The position numbers were made by a program, and so were the translations under genes. DNA of 64,000 nucleotides from Alloascoidea hylecoeti (taxonomy: Eukaryota). The stretch spans positions 1,682,294 through 1,746,293 of the forward strand of contig BCKZ01000002.1 of NCBI GenBank assembly GCA_001600815.1. The letters run 5' to 3'. This document shows, one piece after another, positions 10,660-23,392 of the stretch; within the stretch, counting starts at the first letter, position 1, and each line of letters opens with the position of its first letter. The notes under the pieces are model-generated. The model saw only the letters and a program-made list of their open reading frames with translations. It searched no databases and had not been told where the DNA came from.

Positions 10660-11799
10660 TCATAATTCTGATTTTAATTCTGGAAACTCAATAGCAACTT
10701 TTACAACAAGTTCATCTTTTCCTAAACTTCCAGTTGCAATTTCAAACGCTTCTCCAACTTTTTCAATTCCTGTAACTTTATGTGAAATAATTGAAGAAAT
10801 ACTTCTATTTCCCAAGGCTTTATTTAAACCTCCACTTGCAATTAATTTGATTGAAGTTTCATAAGTATTTGCATATCTGAAAACACCTTTTAAATCAATT
10901 TCTCTTAAAGCAGCACTTGCTAAATGTAAAGTAGCAACTGGAACTCCCATACCTATTAGCATTACACAACCCCCAGGAGCAGAGGCATATATACAAGTTT
11001 GTATTGATGAAGGGAAACCAGTACATTCAAAGCATACATCAACACCATTTGGTTCGCAGAGTTGCTTTAAAATCTCTTCTGCGGCAGTAGCTGTTTCCTC
11101 TTGCCAGTTTTCTTTTGAAGCTGGTGTAACCAAGTATCCTGCATCAGCAAATCCATTTTCAATAGCAAATCCAATTTTAGAAGAGACAATATCAGCAACT
11201 ATGATTCTTGAGGCTCCATGAGCTCGGGCGACAGCACACGCTAATAAACCAACAGCACCAGCACCAAAGACCAAAACTCTATCACCAGGTTTGATACCAG
11301 ACCTATTAGCAGCATGCATTGCGACAGCCAATGGCTCGACTAATGCTCCTTCCAAGTATGAGACACTCCCAGGAAGCCTGAAACACCAATCTGCCGGATG
11401 ATTAATAACTGTTTGAAGGGTTCCTTGGGCATGGGGGAACAATTTAGCAGATGATTTGAATTGAACTTTTTTGCACAAATTATATCTTCCAATTCTGCAA
11501 TAATGACAAACAAGACAAGGAATACCAACTTCTATAGCGACCCTATCACCAACTCTTAAATTCTCAACACCTTCACCAATAGCGACGACTTTACCCGATG
11601 ATTCATGACCCAAAGTCAATGGTTCTTTAACAGCGAAATCACCGTTCCTAAAATGATTATAGTAATGGACATCTGATCCACAGATGGTGGTGGCACGAAT
11701 AGCTACTTGGACTTCTCCTTTCGCAGGAGGTGGAAGCACTTTTTCATCAACCTGTAAGTCATGGATTCCTTTTAAACTAGAAGCAAGAACTGTTTTCAT
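10660..11799 (-). CDS. Zn-dependent polyol (sorbitol/xylitol/arabinitol-type) dehydrogenase
   Basis: ICGSDVHY, LGHESSG, C-x2-C-x2-C-x7-C structural Zn site, GAGAVG, GVFRY. First in-frame ATG is at 11799 (the ORF track starts at a TTG). Confidence 0.92.
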   Translation of the reverse strand: MKTVLASSLKGIHDLQVDEKVLPPPAKGEVQVAIRATTICGSDVHYYNHFRNGDFAVKEPLTLGHESSGKVVAIGEGVENLRVGDRVAIEVGIPCLVCHYCRIGRYNLCKKVQFKSSAKLFPHAQGTLQTVINHPADWCFRLPGSVSYLEGALVEPLAVAMHAANRSGIKPGDRVLVFGAGAVGLLACAVARAHGASRIIVADIVSSKIGFAIENGFADAGYLVTPASKENWQEETATAAEEILKQLCEPNGVDVCFECTGFPSSIQTCIYASAPGGCVMLIGMGVPVATLHLASAALREIDLKGVFRYANTYETSIKLIASGGLNKALGNRSISSIISHKVTGIEKVGEAFEIATGSLGKDELVVKVAIEFPELKSEL

Positions 11800-12052
11800 A
11801 TTTGAGTCTGGCAACTACATTGTAAAAGGAGGTTTACTGGTTTATATAGATCTAAATATTCCATTACCCATATTTACACGGTTACTCCGGCCGATTACTA
11901 CCATATAAATGTACTTTGCGTGGGGGTGAAATGAATATACCCGTCCCGGAAGTTTACATTGACAACTTTATGGAAACGCCAGCAAAAATACCATTTTTTC
12001 TGCGTCATTGTCATACATAAGCCAACCTTCTAACAACTCCAAATACCCTGAA

Positions 12053-13882
12053 ATGCCAACTTCACGGTCCGATATAGCACTGGCCATTTTCGATTACTTA
12101 AATGCCTGTGTGACCGATAATATCATCCCTTTGGATGCTGCTGATATAGTAGAAAGTGCTGTCACTCATTTGGCACCTGTTTTTAATGTGGACGAAGAGA
12201 CTATTTACAATATAAGTCAGAGAGAAACAAGAGATCCTTATCGTTTGGCTTCGTCACTTAGGGCTTCTATCAATGCAGAAAATTCCAATGGTGCCAATAA
12301 TAGAAACAACGGTGTTGATCACCCTTCAACGTCGGAAGTGTCTGAAATCTTGACAAATTTACCTGAGACCTCTGAAGGGTATCAAAAATCTGGAAATGTT
12401 TTCATGTATGAACGAAAGTATCCAAAAGCTTTAGTTCAATACACTTTAGCAATAGCGTTAAACCCCAATTCTCCGAACTTATACTGTAATAGAGCAGCTG
12501 CCTATTCTCAATTAAAGGATCATCTTAATGCTATAGAAGATGCTAAAATGGCTATTTCAATAGATTCAAATTTCCCAGAAGCTTGGGCACGTCTTGGGTT
12601 TTCTCATTATTGTACAGGAGATTTAGAACATGCTGTTTACGCATATAGGAAAGCTATGGAAGCATGTAATGATAAATTAAAAAACGCTCCCGTAAATGAT
12701 GAAAACACTTTAAAGATGAGATTATTATTAAAGAAAATGAAGAAAGGTTATGAGAATTCTAGAGATTCATTAACTCGATCATCAAATAATGATCCACCTC
12801 ATAATGTTAGTGTCCTATCGGGAAATTTACGTGATATGGTAGATTTTGGAAGACAGAATCTTAATGCTGCAATAAATAACAATAATACGAACAGAGAAGG
12901 AACAGGAACAGGAACAGGAACAGGAACAGGAACAGGAACAGGAATAGGAACAGGAACAGGAACTGGAGCAGGAAATGGAAATGTAGCCGGAGCTGTAATT
13001 GGGGCCTTTGATGCCGTTGGAGGTCTTGGTAGTATCTTTAATATTGTCCATCAGGTTCGTCAAGGCTTTGGAAATAACAATAATAACAATAATAACAATA
13101 ATAACAACGATACTACTATTAATAATAACAATATCAATAATAATACACCTTCAAATGAAAGTGAAAATGAAAATTCTGATAGAGATCCAGATATGGATAT
13201 CGATGAAATTGTCATTGATATCGAAACAAATAATACCACACCTGAAGTTTTCAATACAAACAACAATTCAAATGTTAATACTCAAAATACAAATAACGCA
13301 AACAGTAATTCAAATGCTTTTACAACCCCACCAAATACAAATACAAATGCTTTTATAACTCCACAGAATCCCACTAATCCAAATGCTTTCACAACTCCAC
13401 CAAATACAAATACAAATACAAATACAAATACAAATACAAATGCAAATGCAAATACAAATACGCATACAAATACAAATACAAATGCAAATACAAATGCAAA
13501 TACAAATTCAAATACAAATACAAATCAAACCCAAAATACTTTTTTTAGCCAACATTCTGGAAATATGAGTGGATTATTATCTGATCTTTTCTCTCGTGTT
13601 ACATCTGATAATCCATATGTGAGGTTACACACAATTGTTTCAAATCTTCCTGATGGAGAACAGAATAGGGGTGGAATAAGTCAATTTTCAGTGGCAGTTT
13701 CAGAAACGAATAATTTGATACAATCTATGGAGCAATTACGACAACAACAACGACAGCAGCAACAACAACAACCATCACAACAACAACAACAACAACAACA
13801 ACAGCAACAACCTCCTCCAAGCTATAGTAATCAATCAAATGGCCAAGATGTCCTCGATGAGTTGGATGAAGATCTAGACTAG
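12053..13882 (+). CDS. Sgt2/SGTA-like TPR co-chaperone with long low-complexity C-terminus
   Basis: N-terminal IALAIFDYL...AADIVESAVTHLAPVFNVD resembles the Sgt2 dimerisation domain; three TPRs (LYCNRAAAYSQL, AWARLG). First ATG at 12053. Confidence 0.8.
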   Translation: MPTSRSDIALAIFDYLNACVTDNIIPLDAADIVESAVTHLAPVFNVDEETIYNISQRETRDPYRLASSLRASINAENSNGANNRNNGVDHPSTSEVSEILTNLPETSEGYQKSGNVFMYERKYPKALVQYTLAIALNPNSPNLYCNRAAAYSQLKDHLNAIEDAKMAISIDSNFPEAWARLGFSHYCTGDLEHAVYAYRKAMEACNDKLKNAPVNDENTLKMRLLLKKMKKGYENSRDSLTRSSNNDPPHNVSVLSGNLRDMVDFGRQNLNAAINNNNTNREGTGTGTGTGTGTGTGIGTGTGTGAGNGNVAGAVIGAFDAVGGLGSIFNIVHQVRQGFGNNNNNNNNNNNNDTTINNNNINNNTPSNESENENSDRDPDMDIDEIVIDIETNNTTPEVFNTNNNSNVNTQNTNNANSNSNAFTTPPNTNTNAFITPQNPTNPNAFTTPPNTNTNTNTNTNTNANANTNTHTNTNTNANTNANTNSNTNTNQTQNTFFSQHSGNMSGLLSDLFSRVTSDNPYVRLHTIVSNLPDGEQNRGGISQFSVAVSETNNLIQSMEQLRQQQRQQQQQQPSQQQQQQQQQQQPPPSYSNQSNGQDVLDELDEDLD

Positions 13883-15459
13883 AGGTATGATTTTAAATTA
13901 ATTTCTTTTCACTGATTTTTATCGCGTTAATGACGAGACCTTGATCTGCAATTCCAAATTGCCCTTTCATTATTTTTCTTAAGCTCTAGTTTCCCATATT
14001 GGCATTTATCCCATTGCTTCGGTAATGGTACTCCATGTTTGGATTCTTTCGCTTTGGATTTGATGATTGGATAGTATGTAGAAAAACAATCACAATTCAC
14101 ATTTATATCTGATCAAACTTGATAAGATCAAAAACCTCTTTTTGAATTTATAATTTTTTTTTGTTTTCGTATGACAATTTATAACTAACAACCGACTTTT
14201 AATTAGATATATATTTTAATCGTTGGACAATTAAGTTTAGGTGAAATTTTCAAACTTTATGAACAAGGTGTTTTGAATTTGAATATGATGAAATTAACTA
14301 CTGTTTCATTTTGCTTTATATATAGATATACGTAAATTTTTATTTGACTTTTAATTGCAATCATAACCATTTCTTTTGATTGAAATCTAATGCACATGCT
14401 TTTTTAATCACCAATATCTAATATAATTAATAACATCGATATATTTTTTATAGGGTAATCAACTTACAATTGCAATGAGTTTGGGCAATGAAGTACTTTG
14501 GACATCTTTTGAATTATCCAACTAAAAATTCACCACGATCATCAATTTTTTATTCAATTTCTTTTTTTGCACATATATCCATATTTTTACTTAACACCAT
14601 ATATCTTATTTATTACCATCATTGTGTTGTAAAGTCTATTTCTCTTAGTTGTTAAGCTTTTTTTCTGAGAGACCTTCTTTTGGAGGAGGTGTTTACCTCA
14701 CAATCTTCCAATTGCAACCTTTCCTATTCAATAGTTCAGTTGCAAGAGATGAATCGTGCGACTTTTAGATTAACCTCATCCGCCCTTCTTCAAATAATTC
14801 CCCTCAGGAAAACCGATTAGATCCTTCTAGCTTCCCTTCAATACTCTTCATTGTAACCCAGCGACTTTTTGTCTACGGCGTTTAATTTCAGGTAGCGAGT
14901 CGGGATTTTCGAGGATCCTTCACATCATACCAATGACCTTTGTCATATGAACATCCATCCCGTCTTGTGCTTGAGAATCATTACTACAAAAATCGAATTG
15001 CGCATATCCCACTCAATCGTGGTCGCTTTGATTCATCACACAGCATGAAAACTTTCTAGCTGTTAGCTATTTCACCAGATAGAACACACATTTATCAACA
15101 TTAATATTATGAATTTCAAATGATTTATGGTGATGCTCGTTGATCAGATTTTCAAGGGTGTCATACCGAGATTTGAGATCATCCTATGTATAAATAGTTA
15201 CAGAGAAACCAGGGTTGAAGTGTAATTTGTTAACAATTCAAGCCCCCTTTCTCCTTGATATTAAAGAGGCTTTAAGTTGTTTTTCCTTATTAGTATTCTC
15301 AGGGATTGTGGAGTGGAGAATCTGGAGATAGAAGATTACAAATTTACGTGTTGTGTCCAACCGTCATTATCCATACTCATTGTAAGTTACTATATATAAA
15401 ACAAAAGTAAAACTTATACTATCTAATCAAAACAATCAAAGTAATCAAAATGAATTCAA

Positions 15460-18400
15460 CTATTTTATCAAAGTTTCTTTTACCGAGCTCCTTCTGTTAT
15501 GGCTTTTTTCTTCCGTAATCTTGCTCCCATAAGTCCCCACTCCTAGGCCTTCAATTGTACCCCAGGCCGCCTGCTGAATATTTTTGAGAATGCCCTTTGA
15601 GGATTTAGTCACAGGGGGTTCAATTTGACTTTGCCTTTTACGATCCTCTTTCATCTTAGGCCGTTTAATTTCAAGACTTTTCGATTTATTATTATCAACT
15701 TCTTCTGTGTTTTCATCTTCTAAAACGGTTCCAGCCACCATTAAATTTCCAATTTCACTTTGTTTTGGTGCTTTTGGTCCTGGTATATTATCACCCCATA
15801 ATAATTTTGACATGTCTTCCATATTGACACTTTTAAACCCTTTAATCCATTGATATGCACTGATAGTTGGGCGCTGAGGTAATGTTTTATGTCCATCAAA
15901 TAACTGGTCAATAGGGAAATCACTGATTTTCACTCCATGCCCTCTTATATTAACTAGTGCCATTTCTGTTTCATTTTTCCGTATAACAACATCGCCATTT
16001 GACATAATCGAAGAATCTTTTGCATACCGAGAATCAATGATAAATGGTAATGGTAAATTGATAATTGTTCGTAACTCTGGAATAGTTTGTATTTTCAAAT
16101 GTGAAGTACTAGTCAATGAAACTAAAACAGCTCCTAATTTATCTTTCAAAACACTTAATCCACAAGCAAAAATTGAAAGATCACCACTAAAATCTCTATT
16201 TGTTGATTTTGATTTATAAGGCTTGAAAATTCGAATTTCCGTTTTAGTTGTTGTAATTACTGCGCCATGAATCACTAGCGTTCCTGGTAATTTTTCCATT
16301 ACTCTCCTCGTAGCAATTGTTGAAACACCGGTATCAATATCATATGGTATTAAATCCTTAATCGGGCGTGATCCTACGGATATATAACCAGCCAATTTGA
16401 TACGAATAGCGCCAGTTGTACCATGTCGTAAAATTTTAAAAGTACCAACATCACCAGTATTTGTCCCGACCAGCAGTATAACACTTGTGTACAATTCATC
16501 ACCTACAGTCATTATAGCAAATTCCAATGATGTTCCATATACATCTCTCTCATTAAAAGTAGAGGCTTGAGGTGAATAAAGAGTACCCGCCCGCATTGTC
16601 GAGGCACGGGTTTCCTCTCTTGGATGATTGATTGAAGACCTTTGTTGTGCTGTTGACGATGCACTAGTTGACGGTGATTGAGAATAAAGAGTGCCAACAC
16701 TATGTCGATGACCCAGCTTAAAATTTTTGGATGATGACTTTATTTTTGGGATGTTTGTATCTGAAAGATTGTTATGATATATAATCGACCGACCGCCACG
16801 ATCTATTACCATCAATTCACCATTTGAATATGCAATAGAAAGATATCCTATACTGCTATTATTTAAAGCAGTTACTTTGATTATTGGTCCACCTGATTGG
16901 ACGACAGGAGCTCTTACTAACGTTTGGGGCATAAAACCTTCTTTTATCCATAATGAAGCTTTATTTTGAATATCAACCAACATCGTGGAAGATTGGATTG
17001 AAGAGGTAATACTTTCGGCAGAAACACTGGTAGCTTTTGAATTCTTTCTTTGTGGAGTAATTAAATTCTCCTGGAACTTATATAACACGACTTCTCCTAG
17101 TTCAGTAGCTACTGCTAATTCACAGGAATCAACTGCAAAAGAAATATATGAAATACCTTTATTTTTTGCTCTTCCGATCACTTGTGATGTCTCAATATCT
17201 AACAAGCGAATACCACCATCATTTTCTGGAAATGCTTCTCTAAATCTGACAGATCCATCGGCATGACCAGTGATAGTGATTGTTTTATTTTCCCCTTTTA
17301 TTAGATTTCTTCTTATACTGGATCCACCTTTCAATAGTGTTCCAGTTTCTTCGACCGCATCGATCATATGCTTCCACACAATTTTAGGGATAGATACTGA
17401 TATTGAACATGTAATTCTAGGACAAACCGAAGAAAGGTTTAGAGGGAGTAGTGAAATCTTAGTGATTGGAGTTCCAGTTGGATATGTAAGAGTAGAAATT
17501 TCTCCAGATTCATGGAGAATAAACACAGCTGAAGGATCATGATTACCACTGGAGAAAGGAAATTCACTTGGAATCATAAGGAAATCACTAATATTTGCTT
17601 GATTCACTAAAGGCAAGACTTTTTGAAATTTAGGGTTTGCATAATGTAAACCCATTTGATCATATGAAGTTGTTAAAACATTTGGAGTCGGCCCAAAATA
17701 TAACATAGCTAACGAATAACGTCCTTCAAATGTGATATCTTTACTGAGGACCAGTAAAGAAGTATTTGATGGATCAATTCCACAGTTCAAGGCCACTTTT
17801 AGTATAGTTTTCTGTTTAATGGCCGGTGTAACTTTTGGTGAATCTTCTATAACATTTATTGTATCTGATGTATCTTTTTCAATTGGAATATTGACGTTTA
17901 TATTTGATAATGTTCGTGCTTGGAGCAATTTAGAATCCTTCGCATCCCAAAATACAAGGGTACCATCCTGATGTGCGGTTAGCACATGATTTCCTTCTGG
18001 ATGCCATACTGCTGAATTAAAGGTGGGGCATCTTGTTGATTCTCGACTCTCGTTACTAAATTCACCACCTGGTGCGTGTTCTGGAACCTCATACCGTAAT
18101 ACAGTACCAGCCTGACCTATTGCTATTGAATACACTACAGCAAGTTTTTCGTATGCTATTAGGATTGTTCCTATATCGCGTGGGTGCCATGCTATCGAGA
18201 TAACTGGTGATAATTTTTCTTTTGGCAAGATGGTTTTCTGTATATTTTCAATCTTGGTTGGTGTTAATTCGCCTCGGTCAACATCAAATACTAAAATCTC
18301 CCCACTTTCTAGCCCCAAAAGTAACCAATCCAGTGATGGGTCTGTTTCTATAGCTGTTACTTTATTAGGAATTTGATACTCGTAAAGTTGTTGGTTTGTA

Positions 18401-18814
18401 TCAAGAGCCCATGTGTGTATGATTCCTTTGGTATCGAGCCCTACTAGGTAGATGCCTTTCACGAACCTTAGATGGGTAACAATGGCCTTGTGTGCTAATT
18501 CAATTACCATCTCCACATATTGCTGCCCAAATATATGTACTTTACCCCCCATAGTAGATACCGCTAGTAAAGATTGTACTGGATCAATTGCTAGACCGAC
18601 TACTTTTCCTGAAATACCGTACTGTGCTAACTAAACCAAGGATATCCAAAAACAGTTAGTACTGGTCGCGATCGCAAATCAAAAAAATCACATATGAGAT
18701 ACTTACACAATCAAGTTTAAAAGTTCTTGAACCTATTCCAGACGATAAATCTAAGTCACCAACAACTCTCAGGGCATTTCTCACTGATCTGAACCTATGA
18801 AGGTTGGGCGCCAT
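15460..18814 (-). CDS. SRO7: Lgl/tomosyn family WD40 polarity protein, 2 exons (18814-18707, 18630-15460)
   Basis: Spliced start ...LAQYGISGKVVGLAIDPVQSLLAVST; ETDPSLDWLLLGLESG, WHPRDIGTILIAY, ITGHADGSVRF; GTAAGT..TAG phase-0 intron. Confidence 0.9.
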
Positions 18815-19632
18815 GTCTAATATGTGTGTGTATGCTGTTAGGAAGATAGGTAATGTTGGCTACGTATTAATATTAATGGTCAGAACAATGAGTCGTTCAA
18901 CATTAGCGACACCTTGGAAAAACTAATTAAATATAAGCGGAGATAAATACCTTTATATGGCGGAGTCAACCAAATCAGTAGTTGTTGAAGAAAACAATAA
19001 GCTTAAGGAGTTTGGTGCCTTTTATGTATAAATAATTAAAATACAAGTTTAAGTCTTTACTACTCTTTTCGCACATTATACACATCGCCTTCAAATTATT
19101 AAAATCTATATTAGGCCAAAAAATTCTCTCAAATGGAATATATAGCTTGTATATCTTATATAGTAGATAATAATACTCAATCTTATATTATTAATCCATA
19201 TTCAGCAACTCTTTTTGATGTAGGAATTATATATCGCTTTATAAAAAAACGGTATATGAAGCCTAAGACCATTCCATTCCAGAATCGGAGAGAAAAACTA
19301 ATTAGAAATCAATTACTTCAAAGCACATTAAATATTTCATTCTCGTAGTCACATACATTAAGACCAATGACAAAAAAGAACAAAGGAAGAAAGTAATTAG
19401 AATTAGATTTGTCACCAAATAACAAAAAGTAAAAAAATGTGGAAAAATTAGTAAAAAATGTACACATAACAGTTTTTAAAAGAGTTGAATGTAACAAAAC
19501 AGGAAGCAGTACAAAACAATATTCACACAACTGTAAAGCTAACAAATATATCATGGATGAGGATTTTAAATTTATAAATCTGCATGTTGCTACTTTCAAC
19601 TTGTCGCATCCCAAATAGGATGTTAAAATGGT

Positions 19633-22600
19633 TTAAACACCATCATCATTCAGATATGAGAATCCTCTGAACTTTTCTTGCATGTCGGCCGTCAACGTTG
19701 TCGTAACGGGGGTAAGTTTAGGAGTCTCAGTAGTGAATTCTTGATCGAAATGACTGATATCATTGCCATCTTTAATCTGTGGAACATAGGGCGGTGGGAC
19801 CTTTAGGTTAAGCATTTCATCAAAATTGACATTTCTAAAATAAGGATGTTCCATGATCTCATCAGCATCTTTTGGTCCTGAACCAACTCTTCGTTCAGGA
19901 TCTCTAGTTAATAATGCCTGTAGTATAGATACGGAATCTCTTTGCATATGTATCGGATATAATGGTTCATCTGATAGAATAGCATCAAAAATTTCATCTT
20001 CATCTTCACCACGGAAGGGTGATTGACCTAATAACATTTGATACAATAGGACACCATATGCCCACCAATCCACTGCTTTCCCATAGCCTTGTTCTTTTAA
20101 AATCTCGGGAGCCATAAATTCCGGGGTACCGCAAAATGTTCCGGTTGTATTTCCATACCACATCTCTTCTTTACATAAACCGTAATCAGCAATTTTTACA
20201 TGTCCCGTTGGGGAAAGCATTATATTGTCTAATTTCAAATCTCGGTAGATTACGCCGTTAGCATGGAAGTATTTCAATGCAAGTAAAACTTCTGCAGCAT
20301 AATATTGCGCTCTTCTGGGTGAAAATCGTTCCTTTTGAATATGCCACATTAAATCACCACCTGCAATATATTCCATAACAAAATAAATTCTGTTTTCCGT
20401 CTGGAAACAGCAACTCAAGTTAATTAAAAAGGGATGATGCTCTTGATTGGCAATCAAAAACACACGTTTTTCCGATTTAGTACTACCGACTTCATCATTT
20501 TCAATAATAAAATCCTTCTTCAATACTTTAATAGCGTAAAGATTTTTATTATGACGGGATTCTGCTAACATAACTTTACCAAAATTACCTTTACCTAGGA
20601 CAGCCAAAAATTGGAAATCATCTAAACCAACCTTTCTTTTATGTGGGCGTTTAGATCTAGAATGATGATGACTAGGTGAAGAGGCAGGATGGGTGACAGC
20701 AACAGGGGAAGTTTGGGGAGTCAGTTTAGTAGTATCCGGTGCAGGCTGTTGCGGCTCAGGAGCCAATTTTAGAGAATCAGGACGTTTAGGCTCGCTGACT
20801 TGTTGCTTATACTCAAAATCGGCATCTGAACCTCCAACAGGAGAAATAATAGGCAGTTCGGCCGCACCTCCAGATGTGCTTGGATATTGAGATTGAGATG
20901 GACTAGATGATTGATACGACTTTCTTGGTGATTGTGGAGAATAAACACTAACCGGAGATTGCTCTGATTGTTGGTAAGGTGAGTTTTCAGCAGAATTATT
21001 ATATGACGAAAGTGGAGGTGGCCGTCTTGTTTGAGGATATTGTTTTATAGGTTCTATAACTTGTGCTGGACCTGGGGTCGTAGGCAATTTCTTATCAGGA
21101 ATATCTGCAGTTGGAATTTGTTGTGAAAATTGACCAGGATATTGTTGACGAGAAGCAGGAGGTTGAGAAGGTGATTGATACGGACTTTCCTGGTATTGAG
21201 GTCTACCTTCGGGTTGGCCAATATTTTGCTGGGTAATAGATGCTTTAGGCTCGTGAGTTCTAACAGGTGGTTGCTTGCCTTTAGCAGACTTGATAGTACT
21301 CAGAATCTCATTAGCCCTTTGCATATCCATACCACAAAAATCAGGAACAAGATGAGCACAGTCCGCGTGGCACATAACTGTACATTCAGTACATCTTCTA
21401 ACGTTCTTCTTACCCCATGGCAATAAATAACCACAATGACAACACCAATTGGTACCCCTGTTATTGTATGGCTCAAATCTATGAGGGATACGATGCTTCA
21501 GTTTCTCCTCATCAGGATCGATATCCGAGCTAGATCTTGCAATACATTTGGTAACAACCTTTTGATAACATTTCTTATGACAAACAAAACGACAATCAAT
21601 ACATTGAAAACCAGTATAACGAAGGAAATCACCGCATAAAGCACAACACATAATATTGTAAAATTGTTTTTGGGCGAATCGATGGCCATGTTGTTCAAAT
21701 ACTTCTTCATTTTTCATACGAATAGCACCGTGACGATCAAGACCACCTAATCCACCTTCTTTGCGGCGTTTCTCTGGGGCAATACTCTTCGTAAATCCCA
21801 TAGATAACTGAATTTTACCCGCTGGTTCTAACACGAACCAGACTTGATTGTAAGCTCTATCGGCAACTGGTCCCTGAGGACCATCTTGATGATGATGACC
21901 GCCTTGCTCCCCGACAGCTTGTCCTATTCCCTGTGAACCCTGGGAATTCCCCTCACCAGTATTACTGTGCTGATTCATTCTATCAGCACTTACCCATCCA
22001 GAACTAAGATCTTGACGCACCTTCTGTTTTCTGATTACTTCCGTAAGATCAGATAAAGAAATCCAAGTTACAGCAACAGGGACTAATTGATCACCAATCT
22101 TATCGTAAACAGTCAATTCAACTTCGTTTCCCTTTTCTATTGGGAAATTGAACTCCTCATTCCATCGGTCGGAGCGCGTTGGTTTAGTCTTGTTTTTTTC
22201 TTGGTCATCAATTCTAATTATAATCAAGGACTCTGGACTTCTTGAGAACATTGGTGATGCTACGTGATCAACTTCATTAACGCGATGAATAGTTAAAGAA
22301 AACGTACCAGACAGAGGGCGCCTTCTTCCCTTTAAGGTGCCAAAATCGTTTGATTCCTTGTCAATGTCATCTAAGTTAATGTGGACATCTTGATATCTTC
22401 TAAGGGCCTTTTTCAGTAATTGAATCTTTTGATTGCTCTCAATCATCCCACCTCGAGCAGCAAAACTAGATTGCCTATCTCCATCAATTTGATACAGACG
22501 AGATATTTTCTCATTTGCCTCCTTGTATTGCTTTTCGACCGCTAGTTTGAACTCCAGCTGTTGAAGCATGAACTGGATTCTCTGACCCATGGAGGGCGAG

Positions 22601-23062
22601 TCATATTTGATGAGGTCTACAAACATCATTAGTGACACGTAGGAAATTGAGAGTAACAACGGATAAATTATACATACCCAAGCCCGTATATACCGTTTTA
22701 TTGTTAGATTCAGTAGCTATACAGAAAAAGTGTCAGTGTGGTGTCCTAAAATCATAAACGATTATGTGTTACTTACGTTTTTCCGACTCTTTATCCTGTT
22801 GATCTCCCGACGAATCAGGGAGCAAAGTATTCGAGGATCCTAAGGCAGAAAACCGCTTCCGCAATTTCAACTGTTGAAGTGTTTGGGTCAAATAGTCGAT
22901 ATTCTTCTGAGCTTCGCGAATATTCGAGTCACATCTCTCCTGAAGAAGAGGATTCGTGGTACCTTGACGAACATTTCGGGCGACAATGGCAATATTCTTC
23001 TCCCGTTCAAGTTTCTTGTAAATGTCCTGAACAACAGGATCATTGGCGATGGAATCGTCCAT
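19633..23062 (-). CDS. PKC1: Fungal protein kinase C, 3 exons (introns 22776-22717, 22677-22617)
   Basis: Two HR1 domains, C2, pseudosubstrate RHGAIR, two C1 domains, kinase LGKGNFGKV/YRDLKLDN/DYGLCKE and terminal FRGFSY. Confidence 0.97.
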
Positions 23063-23392
23063 GGTTGGATATTGAAAAGAGATTGGTGCTTTCGAATTAA
23101 ATGAGGTTAGAAATGAGAAAAGATGTGAGGAAGAGGTGATTTGTTGTTACCTTTCAAAAACAAAAATAAGGATTCTTATTAATATTGATGTTGGTAAAGA
23201 ATGTCCGAGTGTCTAAAATGACTTAATTTGGCAAGTTATTTTTTACTATTATATGCTGTAATCACAAAATATTTATCAGGTATTTAATTTGGAGGGAAAA
23301 CAAATAACTAAGTAGCATGATTCTATACACTAATGTATGTAGTACTATTAACTGCTGAAAGTGATGAAAAAGATAAAAAATGATCACAAGAT

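Noticed and set aside
12827..13568. SC-, IQ- and L-rich small ORFs
   Set aside because: Alternate-frame or antisense translations of GGAACA, ACAAAT and AAT repeats within the SGT2-like gene.
19133..19614. Small ORFs between SRO7 and PKC1
   Set aside because: Non-ATG start or low-complexity 3' UTR sequence with no motifs.
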